Assembly (NCBI RefSeq): GCF_965641715.1
Contig: NZ_OZ282453.1
DNA from: Escherichia coli
Lineage (GTDB): Bacteria > Pseudomonadota > Gammaproteobacteria > Enterobacterales > Enterobacteriaceae
DNA: 64,000 nt
Reading direction: 5' to 3' (one strand)
Shown here: piece after piece, positions 32,951-44,896 of the stretch
How the letters are laid out: each line of letters starts with the position of its first letter
How positions within the stretch are numbered: position 1 is the stretch's first letter
The notes under the pieces: generated by a model
What the model was told of the DNA's origin: nothing
Databases searched by the model: none
The model's input: only the letters and a program-made list of their open reading frames with translations
Translations under genes and position numbers: made by a program

Positions 32951-34807
32951 TTAACGCACGTTGGCGCAGGTCAGGCAAAACGCATAACGGTTTTGTGGGT
33001 CGTTAAACGCCGCCAGCTTGTCGCTTTCACTTTTAACGGTAGAGGCTACCGAGGCCAGCGGTGCAGGTAACATGGCCTGGAACGCATCTGGCAACATTGC
33101 CCGGACAGAACCAGACATGTTGTCCATCACTTTGTCGAAGAAGGTCGGTTCATCAACGTAGTATTCCAGATGCCACTGTTTCACTTTTGCCAGCTCTGCT
33201 GCTTTGGCAACCGCATCATCGAAATCCCCGAGACTATCGACCAGCCCGTTAGCTTTTGCATCCTGACCGGTCCAGACGTGGCCCTGGGCGATTTTATCAA
33301 TTTGCTCCGGCGTCGAATGACGCGCATCAGCAACCAGCGTGATAAAGCGTTTATAGCCATTCTCAATGCTTAACTGCATCATCTGCTGCGCTTCCGGCGG
33401 CAGTGCCCTGGTGATAGAAACATCTGCCAGCGGTGAAGTTGAGACACCATCAGTATGAACACCAATCGAATCCAGACTATTTTCTACGGTGGTGATCACG
33501 CCGAAGATACCGATAGAACCGGTCAGGGTGCTGGGGTTAGCCACAATGTAATTAGCTGGCGTGGAAATCCAGTAACCACCAGATGCCGCCATGCCGCCCA
33601 TCGATACAACCACAGGCTTACCCGCTGCCCGGGCTGCTGCCAGTTCAGCGCGAATCACTTCAGACGCGGTAACGCTGCCGCCTGGGCTATTAACACGCAG
33701 GACAATCGCTTTCACTTTCGGGTCAAGGCGAGCGTCGCGGATTTGTGCCGCAGTGGTATCACCGCCAACATTCCCCTGAGTTTCCTCGCCATCCATAATT
33801 GCGCCATTAGCGAAGACGACACCGATGCTGTCACCGGTATCTGCCGGCGTTTTCAATGCGTAATCGTAATAACTGATGGCGCGATAATTTTTATCAGTCT
33901 TACTCCAGCCGAACTCTTTGGTCAGTGCTTTTTCGATTTCCGCACTCGATGCCAGTGCATCGACCAGCTTGTTTTCCAGTGCATATTTCGCGGTATCGCC
34001 ACCGGTTTTGGTTAAACCCTCAAGCAACCCTTGCGCGCCAGGGAATACCTGCTGAGCAGGGATCTGCCGGTTAGCGGCAACAGTATTCAGATAGTTTTGC
34101 CACAGCTCACCAATCCAGCGGCTGTCAGCTTCGCGGGCTGCCGGTGACATGTCATCACGAATAAACGGTTCAACGGCAGATTTATACGTACCCACGCGGA
34201 ACACATGGGTGGAAACTTTCAGCTTATCCAGCAACGATTTGTAGTACAGACCGTTGGTAGCAAAACCGTGCAAATCCACCACGCCTTGCGGTGACAGCCA
34301 AATTTTATTGGCGAAACTGGCGAGATAATATTGCCCCTGGCTGTAGTTCTCGCCTACGGCATAAACCGGTTTCCCGCTGTCACGAAACTCTTTCAGGGCT
34401 TTGCCGATGTACTGCATAGACGGCTGGTCGCCGCCTGCGAAGTTTTTCAGATCCATCACGATACCGGTGATATTGCGGTCATCCTTCGCCTGGCGAATGG
34501 TGTTGACGATATCAAACAGTGAGTTTTCCTGCAGACGATCGGAACTGGCACCAAGTAGTTGGCGGCTTAATTTACTAAACCGCTGAGAACTGTCGGGTTT
34601 ATCGACGATCACACCAGAAATGTCCAGCAGCAGTGCACCACGACTGGCCGTTTCTTTCGAATCACTACCACTGACCTGCATCCAGATCCCCACACCAACC
34701 AGCACGAGAAAAATAAAGAACAGGTTAAGTACCATTTCACGGACGAAATTCAGCAGACGCCACGTCCATTTAAAAAATCCGGCAATAAATCGCCAAAGGG
34801 TTCGCAT
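32951..34807 (-). CDS. sppA: Signal peptide peptidase A (protease IV)
   Basis: ORF 32951-34951 trimmed to the internal Met (618 aa, [12 protein letters not shown]...); tandem S49 peptidase domains. Confidence 0.9.
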
Positions 34808-34967
34808 GTATTCTCCCAACTTAAGGTCACACCTGTCACAGGCGCAATAGATGTGGTTATCGTAATGACCCAACCGGCACTTGTCAGCAGGAATTGCGGA
34901 CTGTGCTGTAACAAAATCCACTCTCGTGTTAATTTTGTGAATAAATATCATGACAGGAGTTAATCAA

Positions 34968-35519
34968 ATGGATGCACTCGAACTATTGATCAATCGCCGT
35001 AGCGCCTCCCGCCTGGCTGAACCCGCGCCAACGGGTGAACAACTGCAAAACATCCTGCGTGCGGGTATGCGTGCGCCGGACCATAAGTCCATGCAACCGT
35101 GGCATTTTTTTGTGATTGAAGGGGAAGGGCGCGAGCGTTTCAGCGCCGTACTGGAACAGGGGGCGATTGCTGCCGGTAGTGATGACAAAGCTATCGACAA
35201 AGCCCGTAATGCGCCGTTCCGCGCACCGCTCATCATCACGGTGGTGGCGAAATGCGAAGAAAATCATAAAGTCCCGCGATGGGAACAGGAAATGTCTGCC
35301 GGATGCGCGGTCATGGCGATGCAAATGGCAGCCGTTGCCCAGGGGTTTGGCGGCATCTGGCGCAGTGGCGCATTAACTGAAAGTCCGGTAGTGCGTGAAG
35401 CATTCGGTTGCCGTGAGCAGGATAAAATTGTCGGTTTTCTCTACCTCGGTACGCCGCAGCTGAAAGCATCTACGTCGATTAACGTCCCGGACCCGACGCC
35501 GTTTGTAACTTATTTCTGA
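34968..35519 (+). CDS. ydjA: NAD(P)H nitroreductase
   Basis: ORF trimmed to the ATG at 34968 (183 aa, [12 protein letters not shown]...). Confidence 0.9.
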   Translation: MDALELLINRRSASRLAEPAPTGEQLQNILRAGMRAPDHKSMQPWHFFVIEGEGRERFSAVLEQGAIAAGSDDKAIDKARNAPFRAPLIITVVAKCEENHKVPRWEQEMSAGCAVMAMQMAAVAQGFGGIWRSGALTESPVVREAFGCREQDKIVGFLYLGTPQLKASTSINVPDPTPFVTYF

Positions 35520-35635
35520 TAATTGTCGCGAAACTGTCTGGATTGTGAGCAAAGGCGCAGGAATTCAGACACTCTCACTTATCACTTCACGGAATGAGGG
35601 TTACCATACCCGGATTGCATTGACAGGAGATGTCC

Positions 35636-36679
35636 ATGAGCGAGAACTCGATTCGTTTGACCCAATACAGCCACGGAGCTGGTTGCGGCTGTAAAATTTC
35701 CCCAAAAGTGTTGGAAACCATCCTGCACAGTGAGCAGGCGAAGTTTGTTGATCCGAATTTGCTTGTGGGTAATGAAACCCGCGACGATGCGGCGGTGTAC
35801 GATCTGGGCAATGGCACCAGCGTTATCAGTACCACCGACTTCTTTATGCCGATCGTTGATAATCCTTTCGATTTTGGCCGCATTGCGGCGACTAACGCCA
35901 TCAGCGATATCTTCGCGATGGGTGGCAAACCGATTATGGCGATTGCGATCCTCGGCTGGCCGATTAATAAACTTTCCCCGGAAATTGCCCGCGAAGTGAC
36001 CGAAGGTGGACGCTATGCATGTCGTCAGGCGGGTATTGCGCTGGCTGGCGGTCACTCCATCGATGCGCCGGAGCCGATTTTTGGTTTGGCGGTGACGGGG
36101 ATCGTACCGACCGAGCGGGTGAAGAAAAACAGTACCGCACAAGCCGGATGTAAACTGTTCCTGACGAAACCGCTGGGGATCGGCGTTCTTACCACGGCTG
36201 AGAAAAAATCACTGCTGAAACCAGAACATCAGGGACTGGCGACGGAAGTGATGTGCCGGATGAACATCGCAGGCGCGTCCTTTGCCAACATTGAAGGCGT
36301 AAAAGCGATGACCGACGTAACGGGCTTTGGTCTGCTGGGCCATTTGAGCGAAATGTGTCAGGGCGCAGGTGTGCAGGCGCGTGTTGACTATGACGCGATC
36401 CCGAAATTGCCGGGGGTTGAAGAGTACATTAAGTTGGGTGCAGTGCCTGGCGGCACCGAACGTAACTTTGCCAGCTACGGTCATCTGATGGGTGAAATGC
36501 CGCGTGAAGTGCGCGATTTGCTGTGCGATCCGCAAACTTCTGGCGGTTTGCTGCTGGCGGTCATGCCGGAAGCAGAAAATGAGGTTAAAGCTACAGCCGC
36601 CGAGTTTGGCATTGAACTGACGGCGATTGGCGAACTGGTGCCAGCGCGCGGCGGTCGTGCCATGGTTGAGATCCGTTAA
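35636..36679 (+). CDS. selD: Selenide, water dikinase (selenophosphate synthetase)
   Basis: 347 aa, [20 protein letters not shown]...; AIR-synthase-like fold. Confidence 0.9.
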
Positions 36680-36683
36680 TTCA

Positions 36684-38645
36684 ATGCGGTTGTTTATTGC
36701 CGAAAAACCGAGTCTGGCGCGCGCCATTGCTGATGTCCTGCCCAAACCGCACCGTAAAGGCGATGGCTTTATCGAGTGCGGTAATGGTCAGGTGGTGACC
36801 TGGTGTATCGGTCACCTGCTTGAGCAGGCGCAGCCAGACGCCTACGACAGCCGCTATGCGCGCTGGAATCTTGCGGATTTGCCGATTGTCCCGGAAAAGT
36901 GGCAATTACAGCCCCGACCCTCCGTGACCAAACAACTTAACGTCATCAAACGCTTCCTGCATGAAGCCAGCGAAATCGTTCACGCCGGGGACCCGGATCG
37001 TGAAGGGCAATTGCTGGTGGATGAAGTGCTGGACTATCTGCAACTGGCACCGGAAAAGCGCCAGCAGGTGCAGCGTTGCTTGATAAACGACCTGAACCCG
37101 CAGGCGGTTGAGCGGGCGATCGACCGTCTTCGTTCCAACAGTGAGTTTGTGCCATTGTGCGTTTCTGCGCTGGCGCGAGCGCGTGCCGACTGGCTGTACG
37201 GCATCAATATGACCCGTGCGTATACCATTCTCGGTCGCAATGCCGGTTATCAGGGCGTACTTTCCGTGGGACGCGTGCAGACACCCGTGCTCGGGCTGGT
37301 GGTGCGCCGCGATGAAGAGATTGAAAACTTCGTGGCGAAAGACTTCTTTGAAGTCAAAGCGCATATCGTGACACCTGCCGATGAGCGGTTTACCGCTATC
37401 TGGCAACCGAGCGAAGCGTGTGAACCGTACCAGGATGAAGAAGGGCGCTTGTTACATCGTCCACTGGCGGAGCATGTGGTTAACCGCATTAGTGGTCAAC
37501 CGGCTATTGTCACCAGCTATAACGATAAACGGGAATCAGAATCCGCGCCGCTGCCGTTTTCGCTTTCGGCGTTGCAGATTGAAGCGGCAAAACGCTTTGG
37601 TCTGAGCGCGCAGAACGTGCTTGATATCTGCCAGAAGCTGTACGAAACGCACAAGCTAATCACTTATCCGCGTTCCGATTGTCGCTATTTGCCAGAAGAA
37701 CATTTTGCCGGACGCCACGCGGTGATGAATGCCATCAGCGTTCATGCACCAGATCTGTTGCCGCAGCCAGTGGTAGATCCAGATATACGCAACCGCTGTT
37801 GGGATGACAAAAAGGTCGATGCGCACCACGCCATCATCCCGACCGCACGGAGTTCTGCGATCAACCTGACGGAGAACGAAGCGAAGGTCTATAACCTTAT
37901 TGCCCGTCAGTACTTGATGCAGTTCTGCCCGGATGCGGTGTTCCGCAAGTGTGTTATCGAACTGGACATTGCCAAAGGCAAATTTGTCGCTAAAGCGCGT
38001 TTTCTTGCTGAAGCAGGTTGGCGCGCGCTGTTAGGCAGCAAAGAGCGCGATGAAGAAAACGACGGCACGCCACTGCCTGTGGTGGCGAAAGGCGATGAGT
38101 TGCTGTGTGAAAAAGGTGAAGTGGTAGAGCGGCAAACCCAGCCGCCTCGCCATTTTACCGATGCAACACTGCTTTCGGCGATGACCGGGATCGCGCGCTT
38201 TGTGCAGGACAAAGATCTGAAAAAGATCCTTCGTGCGACCGATGGCCTGGGGACAGAAGCAACGCGTGCCGGGATTATTGAACTGTTGTTCAAGCGTGGT
38301 TTCCTGACCAAAAAAGGGCGCTATATCCACTCTACCGACGCCGGAAAAGCGCTATTCCATTCGCTGCCGGAGATGGCTACGCGACCGGACATGACCGCGC
38401 ACTGGGAATCAGTGCTGACGCAAATCAGCGAAAAGCAGTGTCGCTATCAGGACTTTATGCAGCCGCTGGTGGGGACGCTATATCAGCTTATTGATCAAGC
38501 CAAACGTACTCCGGTGCGGCAGTTTCGCGGCATTGTGGCTCCGGGCAGTGGTGGCAGTGCTGATAAGAAAAAGGCTGCACCGCGTAAACGTAGTGCGAAA
38601 AAAAGTCCGCCAGCAGATGAAGCCGGAAGCGGGGCGATAGCGTAA
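36684..38645 (+). CDS. topB: DNA topoisomerase III
   Basis: ORF 36627-38645 trimmed to the ATG at 36684 (653 aa, [19 protein letters not shown]...); starts 5 bp after the selD stop. Confidence 0.9.
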   Translation: MRLFIAEKPSLARAIADVLPKPHRKGDGFIECGNGQVVTWCIGHLLEQAQPDAYDSRYARWNLADLPIVPEKWQLQPRPSVTKQLNVIKRFLHEASEIVHAGDPDREGQLLVDEVLDYLQLAPEKRQQVQRCLINDLNPQAVERAIDRLRSNSEFVPLCVSALARARADWLYGINMTRAYTILGRNAGYQGVLSVGRVQTPVLGLVVRRDEEIENFVAKDFFEVKAHIVTPADERFTAIWQPSEACEPYQDEEGRLLHRPLAEHVVNRISGQPAIVTSYNDKRESESAPLPFSLSALQIEAAKRFGLSAQNVLDICQKLYETHKLITYPRSDCRYLPEEHFAGRHAVMNAISVHAPDLLPQPVVDPDIRNRCWDDKKVDAHHAIIPTARSSAINLTENEAKVYNLIARQYLMQFCPDAVFRKCVIELDIAKGKFVAKARFLAEAGWRALLGSKERDEENDGTPLPVVAKGDELLCEKGEVVERQTQPPRHFTDATLLSAMTGIARFVQDKDLKKILRATDGLGTEATRAGIIELLFKRGFLTKKGRYIHSTDAGKALFHSLPEMATRPDMTAHWESVLTQISEKQCRYQDFMQPLVGTLYQLIDQAKRTPVRQFRGIVAPGSGGSADKKKAAPRKRSAKKSPPADEAGSGAIA

Positions 38646-38684
38646 GCGAGCGAATCTTTCGTGCTATTCGAGTCATATTCTGAA

Positions 38685-38723
38685 ATATCCAGCGGATCAA
38701 GAAAATTCGTTGGATATTTTTTT
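38685..38723 (+). terminator. Candidate rho-independent terminator after topB
   Basis: Imperfect hairpin atatccagcg...cgttggatat followed by a 7-T run. Confidence 0.45.
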
Positions 38724-38771
38724 GCATGGATAAAATTATCGCCTCTAAAGTATGTAATAACAGGGAATGTG

Positions 38772-39812
38772 ATGAAAAAAGTTTTATTACAAAACCATCC
38801 TGGGAGCGAGAAGTATTCTTTTAATGGCTGGGAAATATTTAATAGTAATTTTGAACGGATGATTAAAGAAAATAAGGCCATGCTGCTTTGTAAGTGGGGA
38901 GGTTATTTAACATGTGTTGTCGCTGTAATGTTTGTATTCGCAGCGATAACATCCAACGGTTTGAATGAAAGAGGCCTGATTACTGCGGGATGCTCTTTTC
39001 TTTATCTATTAATTATGATGGGGCTTATTGTTCGGGCCGGTTTTAAAGCAAAAAAAGAACAACTGCATTATTATCAGGCTAAAGGTATTGAGCCGCTCAG
39101 TATCGAGAAGTTACAGGCGCTACAATTGATCGCACCTTATCGATTCTATCATAAGCAATGGTCTGAAACGCTGGAGTTCTGGCCGCGAAAGCCTGAACCT
39201 GGCAAAGATACCTTCCAATATCATGTGCTTCCTTTTGACTCGATCAATATCATTAGTAAAAGACGCGAGTCTTTAGAGGATCAATGGGGTATCGAAGATA
39301 GCGAAAGTTATTGTGCCTTAATGGAGCATTTTCTTTCTGGCGACCATGGAGCCAATACCTTTAAAGCAAACATGGAGGAAGCCCCAGAGCAGGTTATCGC
39401 CTTGTTGAATAAATTTGCTGTTTTTCCCTCAGATTATATCTCTGATTGCGCTAATAATCGCTCCGGTAAATCCTCGGCGAAGCTAATATGGGCGGCGGAA
39501 TTATCATGGATGATCTCGATATCAAGCACAGCTTTTCAAAACGGGACAATTGAAGAAGAACTGGCCTGGCATTATATAATGCTTGCTTCTCGAAAGGCGC
39601 ACGAGTTGTTCGAAAGCGAAGAAGATGATCAAAAAAATAGTCTAATGGGATTTCTTTACTGGCATATCTGCTGCTATCGCAGAAAGTTAACGGATGCTGA
39701 ACTTGAAGCGTGTTATCGTTACGACAAGCAGTTTTGGGAGCACTACAGTAAGAAATGCCGTTGGCCCATAAGAAATGTTCCCTGGGGAGCATCATCCGTT
39801 AAATACTCATAA
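38772..39812 (+). CDS. ynjI: DUF1266 inner-membrane protein
   Basis: ORF 38661-39812 trimmed to the ATG at 38772 (346 aa, MKKVLLQNHPG...); AT-rich. Confidence 0.8.
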   Translation: MKKVLLQNHPGSEKYSFNGWEIFNSNFERMIKENKAMLLCKWGGYLTCVVAVMFVFAAITSNGLNERGLITAGCSFLYLLIMMGLIVRAGFKAKKEQLHYYQAKGIEPLSIEKLQALQLIAPYRFYHKQWSETLEFWPRKPEPGKDTFQYHVLPFDSINIISKRRESLEDQWGIEDSESYCALMEHFLSGDHGANTFKANMEEAPEQVIALLNKFAVFPSDYISDCANNRSGKSSAKLIWAAELSWMISISSTAFQNGTIEEELAWHYIMLASRKAHELFESEEDDQKNSLMGFLYWHICCYRRKLTDAELEACYRYDKQFWEHYSKKCRWPIRNVPWGASSVKYS

Positions 39813-39826
39813 ACGCCTGAAATTTT

Positions 39827-39920
39827 GCCGGGGGCGCTGCGCTTGCCCGGCCTACATTAGAGCGTAACTGCAATGAATTGTGCCCATTTGTAGGCCTGAT
39901 AAGCGTAGCGCCATCAGGCA
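39827..39920. repeat. REP element pair between ynjI and gdhA
   Basis: gcccggcctaca and tgtaggcctgataagcgtagcgccatcaggca, typical REP units in convergent intergenic DNA. Confidence 0.6.
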
Positions 39921-39928
39921 TTTACAAC

Positions 39929-41272
39929 TTAAATCACACCCTGCGCCAGCATCGCATCGGCAACCTTCACAAAACCGGCAATGTTCGCGCCCTGCACGTA
40001 GTTGGTTTGCTCACCTTCACCACCATGCTCAACACAGGCATGGTGGATATCCAGCATGATGTGATGCAAACGTGCGTCAACTTTCTCGGCTTTCCAGCCC
40101 AGGCGCGCAGCGTTTTGCGCCATTTCAAGGCCTGACGTTGCTACACCGCCAGCATTAGCCGCTTTACCCGGTGCAAACAGTACGCCTGCCTGCTGGAACA
40201 GTTCAGTCGCTTCGATGGTGGTTGGCATATTTGCCCCTTCAGCGACGGCTTTAACGCCATTGGCGATAAGCTGATGCGCGGCGTCAACATCCAGTTCATT
40301 CTGGGTGGCGCAAGGCAGGGCGATATCAACCGGTACAGACCACGGCTGTTGGCCTTCGAGATAGACCAGACCAAATTCTTTGGCGTAATCTGCCACTCGA
40401 CCATCGCGGCTGGCTTTGATTTCGATAAGACGTGCCAGTTTCTCTTTCGTGAATCCGCTTTCATCAACTACAGTGCCGCTGGAGTCTGACGCAGTGATCA
40501 CACGAGCACCAAATTCCATCGCTTTTTCGATAGCGTACTGGGCGACGTTGCCGGAGCCAGAAACGGAAACGCGCATTCCTTCAAAACCCATACCGTGGCG
40601 TTTTAGCATTGCTTCTGTGAAATAAACCAGACCGTAGCCGGTAGCTTCCGGGCGAATAAGACTGCCGCCAAATGAAAGGCCCTTACCGGTGAAGACGCAG
40701 GCGGTATTGTTGGAGAGCTTTTTCATCATCCCCGCCATAAAGCCGACTTCACGACCACCAACCCCGATATCACCTGCCGGAACGTCGGTATCCGCGCCCA
40801 GGTGGCGATACAGTTCAGTCATCAGCGCCTGGCAAAAACGCATCACTTCACCTTCGCTTTTTCCTTTCGGATCGAAATCGCTGCCGCCTTTACCACCGCC
40901 CATCGGCAGAGTAGTCAGGGCATTTTTGAAGGTTTGTTCGAAGCCGAGGAATTTGAGAATGGAGAGGTTAACTGACGGATGGAAGCGCATACCGCCTTTG
41001 TACGGGCCGATGGCAGAGCTGAACTGCACACGCCATGCACGGTTGACCTGTACCTGATTGCGATCATCAACCCATACCACGCGAAACTGGATCACGCGCT
41101 CCGGTTCAACCAGACGCTCCAGTAATGACATCTGGCGATATTTTGGATTTTGTTCAAGAAAAGGCCAGAGTGTGGTCATTACTTCACGAACGGCTTGCGC
41201 GAACTCGGTTTGATTCGGGTCGCGCTTTTGGACATGGTTGAGGAATGACTCCAGAGAATATGTCTGATCCAT
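39929..41272 (-). CDS. gdhA: NADP-specific glutamate dehydrogenase
   Basis: 447-aa ORF, MDQTYSLESFLNHVQKRDP... Confidence 0.95.
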   Translation of the reverse strand: MDQTYSLESFLNHVQKRDPNQTEFAQAVREVMTTLWPFLEQNPKYRQMSLLERLVEPERVIQFRVVWVDDRNQVQVNRAWRVQFSSAIGPYKGGMRFHPSVNLSILKFLGFEQTFKNALTTLPMGGGKGGSDFDPKGKSEGEVMRFCQALMTELYRHLGADTDVPAGDIGVGGREVGFMAGMMKKLSNNTACVFTGKGLSFGGSLIRPEATGYGLVYFTEAMLKRHGMGFEGMRVSVSGSGNVAQYAIEKAMEFGARVITASDSSGTVVDESGFTKEKLARLIEIKASRDGRVADYAKEFGLVYLEGQQPWSVPVDIALPCATQNELDVDAAHQLIANGVKAVAEGANMPTTIEATELFQQAGVLFAPGKAANAGGVATSGLEMAQNAARLGWKAEKVDARLHHIMLDIHHACVEHGGEGEQTNYVQGANIAGFVKVADAMLAQGVI

Positions 41273-41507
41273 AGATATAAAACCCTTATATATTAATACG
41301 ATTGTGCTTATGTTGTTTATGTCATGTGCTTTTGCAGTTTTCGACTATACCATCAAGAATGTGACGGTAAGCAAGAAAAAAATGACCCAGGAAAGCAAAT
41401 TAATAACGAGAGTAATCTCATAACCAAATGCGATAACTCAGACGCTAAAGTTTTGCCACCCGGCTACCGTTATCAGTAGCAGAGACAATAACGTTAAGGA
41501 GTTCCCT

Positions 41508-41780
41508 GTGAGTCGAGCATTGTTCGCCGTAGTATTAGCATTTCCATTAATTGCACTGGCTAACCCGCATTATCGTCCGGACGTGGAGGTTAACGTACCG
41601 CCAGAAGTGTTCAGTTCAGGCGGGCAGTCAGCGCAGCCCTGTACTCAGTGCTGCGTTTATCAGGATAAAAATTATTCTGAAGGGGCGGTAATTAAAGCCG
41701 AAGGAATACTGCTGCAATGCCAGCGGGATGACAAAACCCTTAGCACTAATCCGCTGGTCTGGCGGCGCGTAAAGCCATAA
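41508..41780 (+). CDS. ynjH: DUF1496 secreted small protein
   Basis: 90-aa ORF with a GTG start and signal peptide; its 3' end overlaps the nudG 3' end. Confidence 0.8.
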   Translation: MSRALFAVVLAFPLIALANPHYRPDVEVNVPPEVFSSGGQSAQPCTQCCVYQDKNYSEGAVIKAEGILLQCQRDDKTLSTNPLVWRRVKP

Positions 41781-42153
41781 ACGCCTCTAATAATGGAATG
41801 TCAGCAGGGGCCAGCGGATATTGCAGCGCCTCTTCAGGTGAGCACCAGACCAGCGCCTGATGTTCATGTGCCTGTAACGTCCCGTGGAAGTCGGGTACGT
41901 GCCAGGCATGAAGATGGATAATCCGCCCCGAAACTTCTCGCTGATGGCTGGCTACATACTCACCCACAGTTGCTTCGATGCCCAATTCTTCGTTTAACTC
42001 ACGCACCAGCGCCTGCTGCTGGCTTTCATCCAGCTCGACTTTACCACCGGCAAACTCCCATAATCCCGCCTGATCGCTCTGGGCGGGGCGTTGCGCGAGT
42101 AAAATTTTGCCATCACGTTCAATGATGGCGGCAACAACTTCAATCATTTTCAT
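41746..42153 (-). CDS. nudG: Nudix hydrolase (CTP/5-methyl-dCTP pyrophosphohydrolase)
   Basis: 135-aa ORF with a Nudix box (GGKVELDESQQQALVRELNEELG). Confidence 0.9.
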   Translation of the reverse strand: MKMIEVVAAIIERDGKILLAQRPAQSDQAGLWEFAGGKVELDESQQQALVRELNEELGIEATVGEYVASHQREVSGRIIHLHAWHVPDFHGTLQAHEHQALVWCSPEEALQYPLAPADIPLLEAFMALRAARPAD

Positions 42154-42239
42154 AAATTACACACGGGCAGATAAGCGAAAAATGCCATAATATCCGCACT
42201 GTTGCTCAATCAGAAAGGCTTTATATTTAAGGAGTGCCT

Positions 42240-42860
42240 GTGCTAGACCGCCATCTTCATCCCCGGATTAAACCGTTGTTGCATCAGTGCGTGCGGGTTC
42301 TTGATAAACCGGGCATTACGCCAGATGGTTTAACATTAGTGGGATTTGCCATCGGCGTGCTGGCTCTGCCGTTTCTGGCGCTGGGCTGGTATCTGGCGGC
42401 GCTAGTCGTCATTTTGTTGAACAGGCTGCTTGATGGTCTGGACGGTGCGCTGGCGCGGCGCAGAGGGCTTACTGACGCGGGCGGCTTTCTTGATATTTCT
42501 CTCGATTTTCTTTTTTACGCGCTGGTGCCTTTTGGGTTTATCCTCGCCGCACCGCAGCAAAACGCCCTGGCAGGCGGCTGGCTGCTGTTTGCGTTTATCG
42601 GCACGGGTAGCAGTTTTCTAGCTTTTGCTGCGCTGGCGGCGAAACATCAGATTGATAATCCCGGTTATGCGCATAAATCGTTTTATTATCTGGGGGGATT
42701 AACCGAAGGCACAGAAACGATCTTACTGTTTGTTCTGGGATGTTTATTCCCTGCATGGTTTGCGTGGTTTGCGTGGATCTTCGGTGCGTTGTGCTGGATG
42801 ACGACCTTTACGCGGGTGTGGAGTGGGTATCTGACGCTGAAGTCGCTTCAGCGTCAGTAA
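42240..42860 (+). CDS. ynjF: CDP-alcohol phosphatidyltransferase-family membrane protein
   Basis: ORF 42234-42860; GTG at 42240 sits 6 bp after an aggag RBS (206 aa); DG...AR...G...D motif region. Confidence 0.85.
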   Translation: MLDRHLHPRIKPLLHQCVRVLDKPGITPDGLTLVGFAIGVLALPFLALGWYLAALVVILLNRLLDGLDGALARRRGLTDAGGFLDISLDFLFYALVPFGFILAAPQQNALAGGWLLFAFIGTGSSFLAFAALAAKHQIDNPGYAHKSFYYLGGLTEGTETILLFVLGCLFPAWFAWFAWIFGALCWMTTFTRVWSGYLTLKSLQRQ

Positions 42861-42868
42861 TTGCAATG

Positions 42869-44176
42869 TTATTTGCTGCTGTCCGGGCCGCGTTCACCGG
42901 TTGCTACCGGATTTTTTGGATCGCTGCTCCATTCGTACCAGCCGCCGTCGTAAACGGAGACGTTATTCCAGCCCATTGCTCGTGCGTACATAAAGGTTTC
43001 GGACGCGCGCCAGCCGGTGCCGCAGTAGAATGAAACTTGCTGATCTGGTTTGATATTCCATGCTTTCCACATAGCGGTAATATCATCGGCGCTACGCATG
43101 GTGCCATCCGGGTTATGGAAATCTTCCATATGCGTCGAGTCGCTACCAGCGTGTCCCCAACGTGCTCCGGCTATTTCACCTTTTGGTTTAATATAGCTGT
43201 AACCGCTGGTCGTACCGATAAATTCTGGCCACGAACGAATGCTCACCAGCGATGCATCCTGGCGATGCAGCAGTCCACGGGCCTGTTCCATATCGAGCAT
43301 CAACTGCGGTTGCGCCGGGATCTTCACGCCGAAATCCGGTTCCGCTTTCACTTTCGGTGGCGTACCGCGCTCAACGGGCAGACCCGCGTCGGACCAGGTT
43401 TGCCAGCCGCCATCCAGCAGGCGCACATCTTTCACGCCTGCATACAGCATAATCTGCGCCACACGCGCTGCAGCGTATACGTCACGCCCGTACAGAATGA
43501 CCGTGGTGTCATGGCGAATGTCGTGTTTTGCCAGCATCGCTTTTAGTTGTTCATCAGAAACTTTGTTCCACAGCGGTTCGCTTTCCACTTCGTTGGTATC
43601 GATGTAGTCAGCGCCAGGAATATGGCTGATAAGGTAAAGCTTAGGAGCGCCCCAGGCTGCTTCAATGACTTTCCAGTCACCGGCAGGTTTCGCCGTAACC
43701 TCTTTACCTTGTTGCAGGTCGTGCAGCCATTGCGGATAAACCAGCTGCTCAAAGTGCGGCAGTTTTTGTAGACGGGAAGGTTCGCTTAGCGCGTCACTCA
43801 GAATGGAGATATGCGTAAAACCTGCTTTTTGCAGTCGCGTTTTGACGGCGTCGACATCTTTGCCATTACCGTACAGCGCCACCGGGGCATCGGCTTTCAG
43901 GTTATGTTGCTTGATCCACGCGTTTAGCTGTTCGGTGCTCATTTTGTCAAGCCAGCTGGCAGAGAGGTTTAAGGCGGCAGGTTCATGACCAGAAGGGCCA
44001 TTTAAGGTTTGTGGCCAGCCGTTATAAAACGCGCTGGGGCGAGTATCTATCGCTTTGCCATTTTGTTGTTGAAGCTGGTCAAGTGTAAGAGGCTTCGCCA
44101 GTTCAGCGGCCCACGAAGAAGCGCAAGCCAGCCCTAAAGCCATTGCCAGCGCGGTCATTTGAGAAACACGTTTCAT
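42869..44176 (-). CDS. ynjE: Periplasmic three-domain rhodanese (thiosulfate sulfurtransferase)
   Basis: ORF trimmed to the Met at 44176 (435 aa, MKRVSQMTALAMALGLA...); signal peptide; active-site Cys in the C-terminal rhodanese domain (YCGTGWR). Confidence 0.9.
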   Translation of the reverse strand: MKRVSQMTALAMALGLACASSWAAELAKPLTLDQLQQQNGKAIDTRPSAFYNGWPQTLNGPSGHEPAALNLSASWLDKMSTEQLNAWIKQHNLKADAPVALYGNGKDVDAVKTRLQKAGFTHISILSDALSEPSRLQKLPHFEQLVYPQWLHDLQQGKEVTAKPAGDWKVIEAAWGAPKLYLISHIPGADYIDTNEVESEPLWNKVSDEQLKAMLAKHDIRHDTTVILYGRDVYAAARVAQIMLYAGVKDVRLLDGGWQTWSDAGLPVERGTPPKVKAEPDFGVKIPAQPQLMLDMEQARGLLHRQDASLVSIRSWPEFIGTTSGYSYIKPKGEIAGARWGHAGSDSTHMEDFHNPDGTMRSADDITAMWKAWNIKPDQQVSFYCGTGWRASETFMYARAMGWNNVSVYDGGWYEWSSDPKNPVATGERGPDSSK

Positions 44177-44242
44177 CGAAAATCCCGACATTGTAGTTTT
44201 GAGTGCGCCATTCTGAACTGACGCATTGGGAAAAACTTTGCG

Positions 44243-44896
44243 TTATCGCAGTTTGTTGTAATTTTCTGACCACTGAGCTATATCCAGAACAGAACTATCA
44301 GCAGGAACATCCTGGAGATCGTGCGTTACCTGAACGACGGGGATCGCCAGGGCGCGAACTTCGCTGAACACCCACTGGCGAAAATTATCGCGCAGAGCCA
44401 CATCAAGACGGCTGAATGGCTCATCCAGTAGCAACGCTTTTGGCTGAGCGAGAAGGGCGCGAAGCAGAGCAACGCGCGCTCGCTGACCGCCAGACAAAGT
44501 GGCAGGATCCTGATGGAAAGCTCCGTCAAGGCCTGAACGCTCAAGTGCATCATTCACGGCATTACGTCGGGCATTCCCCTTAAGTGTCGCCGGTAGCGCC
44601 AGCAGTAAATTTTGCCCGACACTGAACTGGTCAAATAACAGTGCATCCTGAAAAAGAATGCCAATCTGACGCTGTGCGGTGGGTAGCATGTCAATCCGTT
44701 GCTCATTGAGCCATAGCTCACCTGTACAAGAAAACTGTCCGGCCAGTGCACCAATCATCCATGAAAACAGAGTGGATTTTCCACAGCCAGACGGCCCCAT
44801 TAACGTGACAATGTCACCTTTATCCACCGTAAAGTTAACGTTTGTCAGCAAGCAACTTTCTGGTAAACGTAGCGAAACATTTTTCACGCAGAGCAT
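44243..44896 (-). CDS. ynjD: ABC transporter ATP-binding protein
   Basis: ORF 44243-44983 trimmed to the Met at 44896 (217 aa); Walker A GPSGCGKST and signature LSGGQ. Confidence 0.85.
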   Translation of the reverse strand: MLCVKNVSLRLPESCLLTNVNFTVDKGDIVTLMGPSGCGKSTLFSWMIGALAGQFSCTGELWLNEQRIDMLPTAQRQIGILFQDALLFDQFSVGQNLLLALPATLKGNARRNAVNDALERSGLDGAFHQDPATLSGGQRARVALLRALLAQPKALLLDEPFSRLDVALRDNFRQWVFSEVRALAIPVVQVTHDLQDVPADSSVLDIAQWSENYNKLR

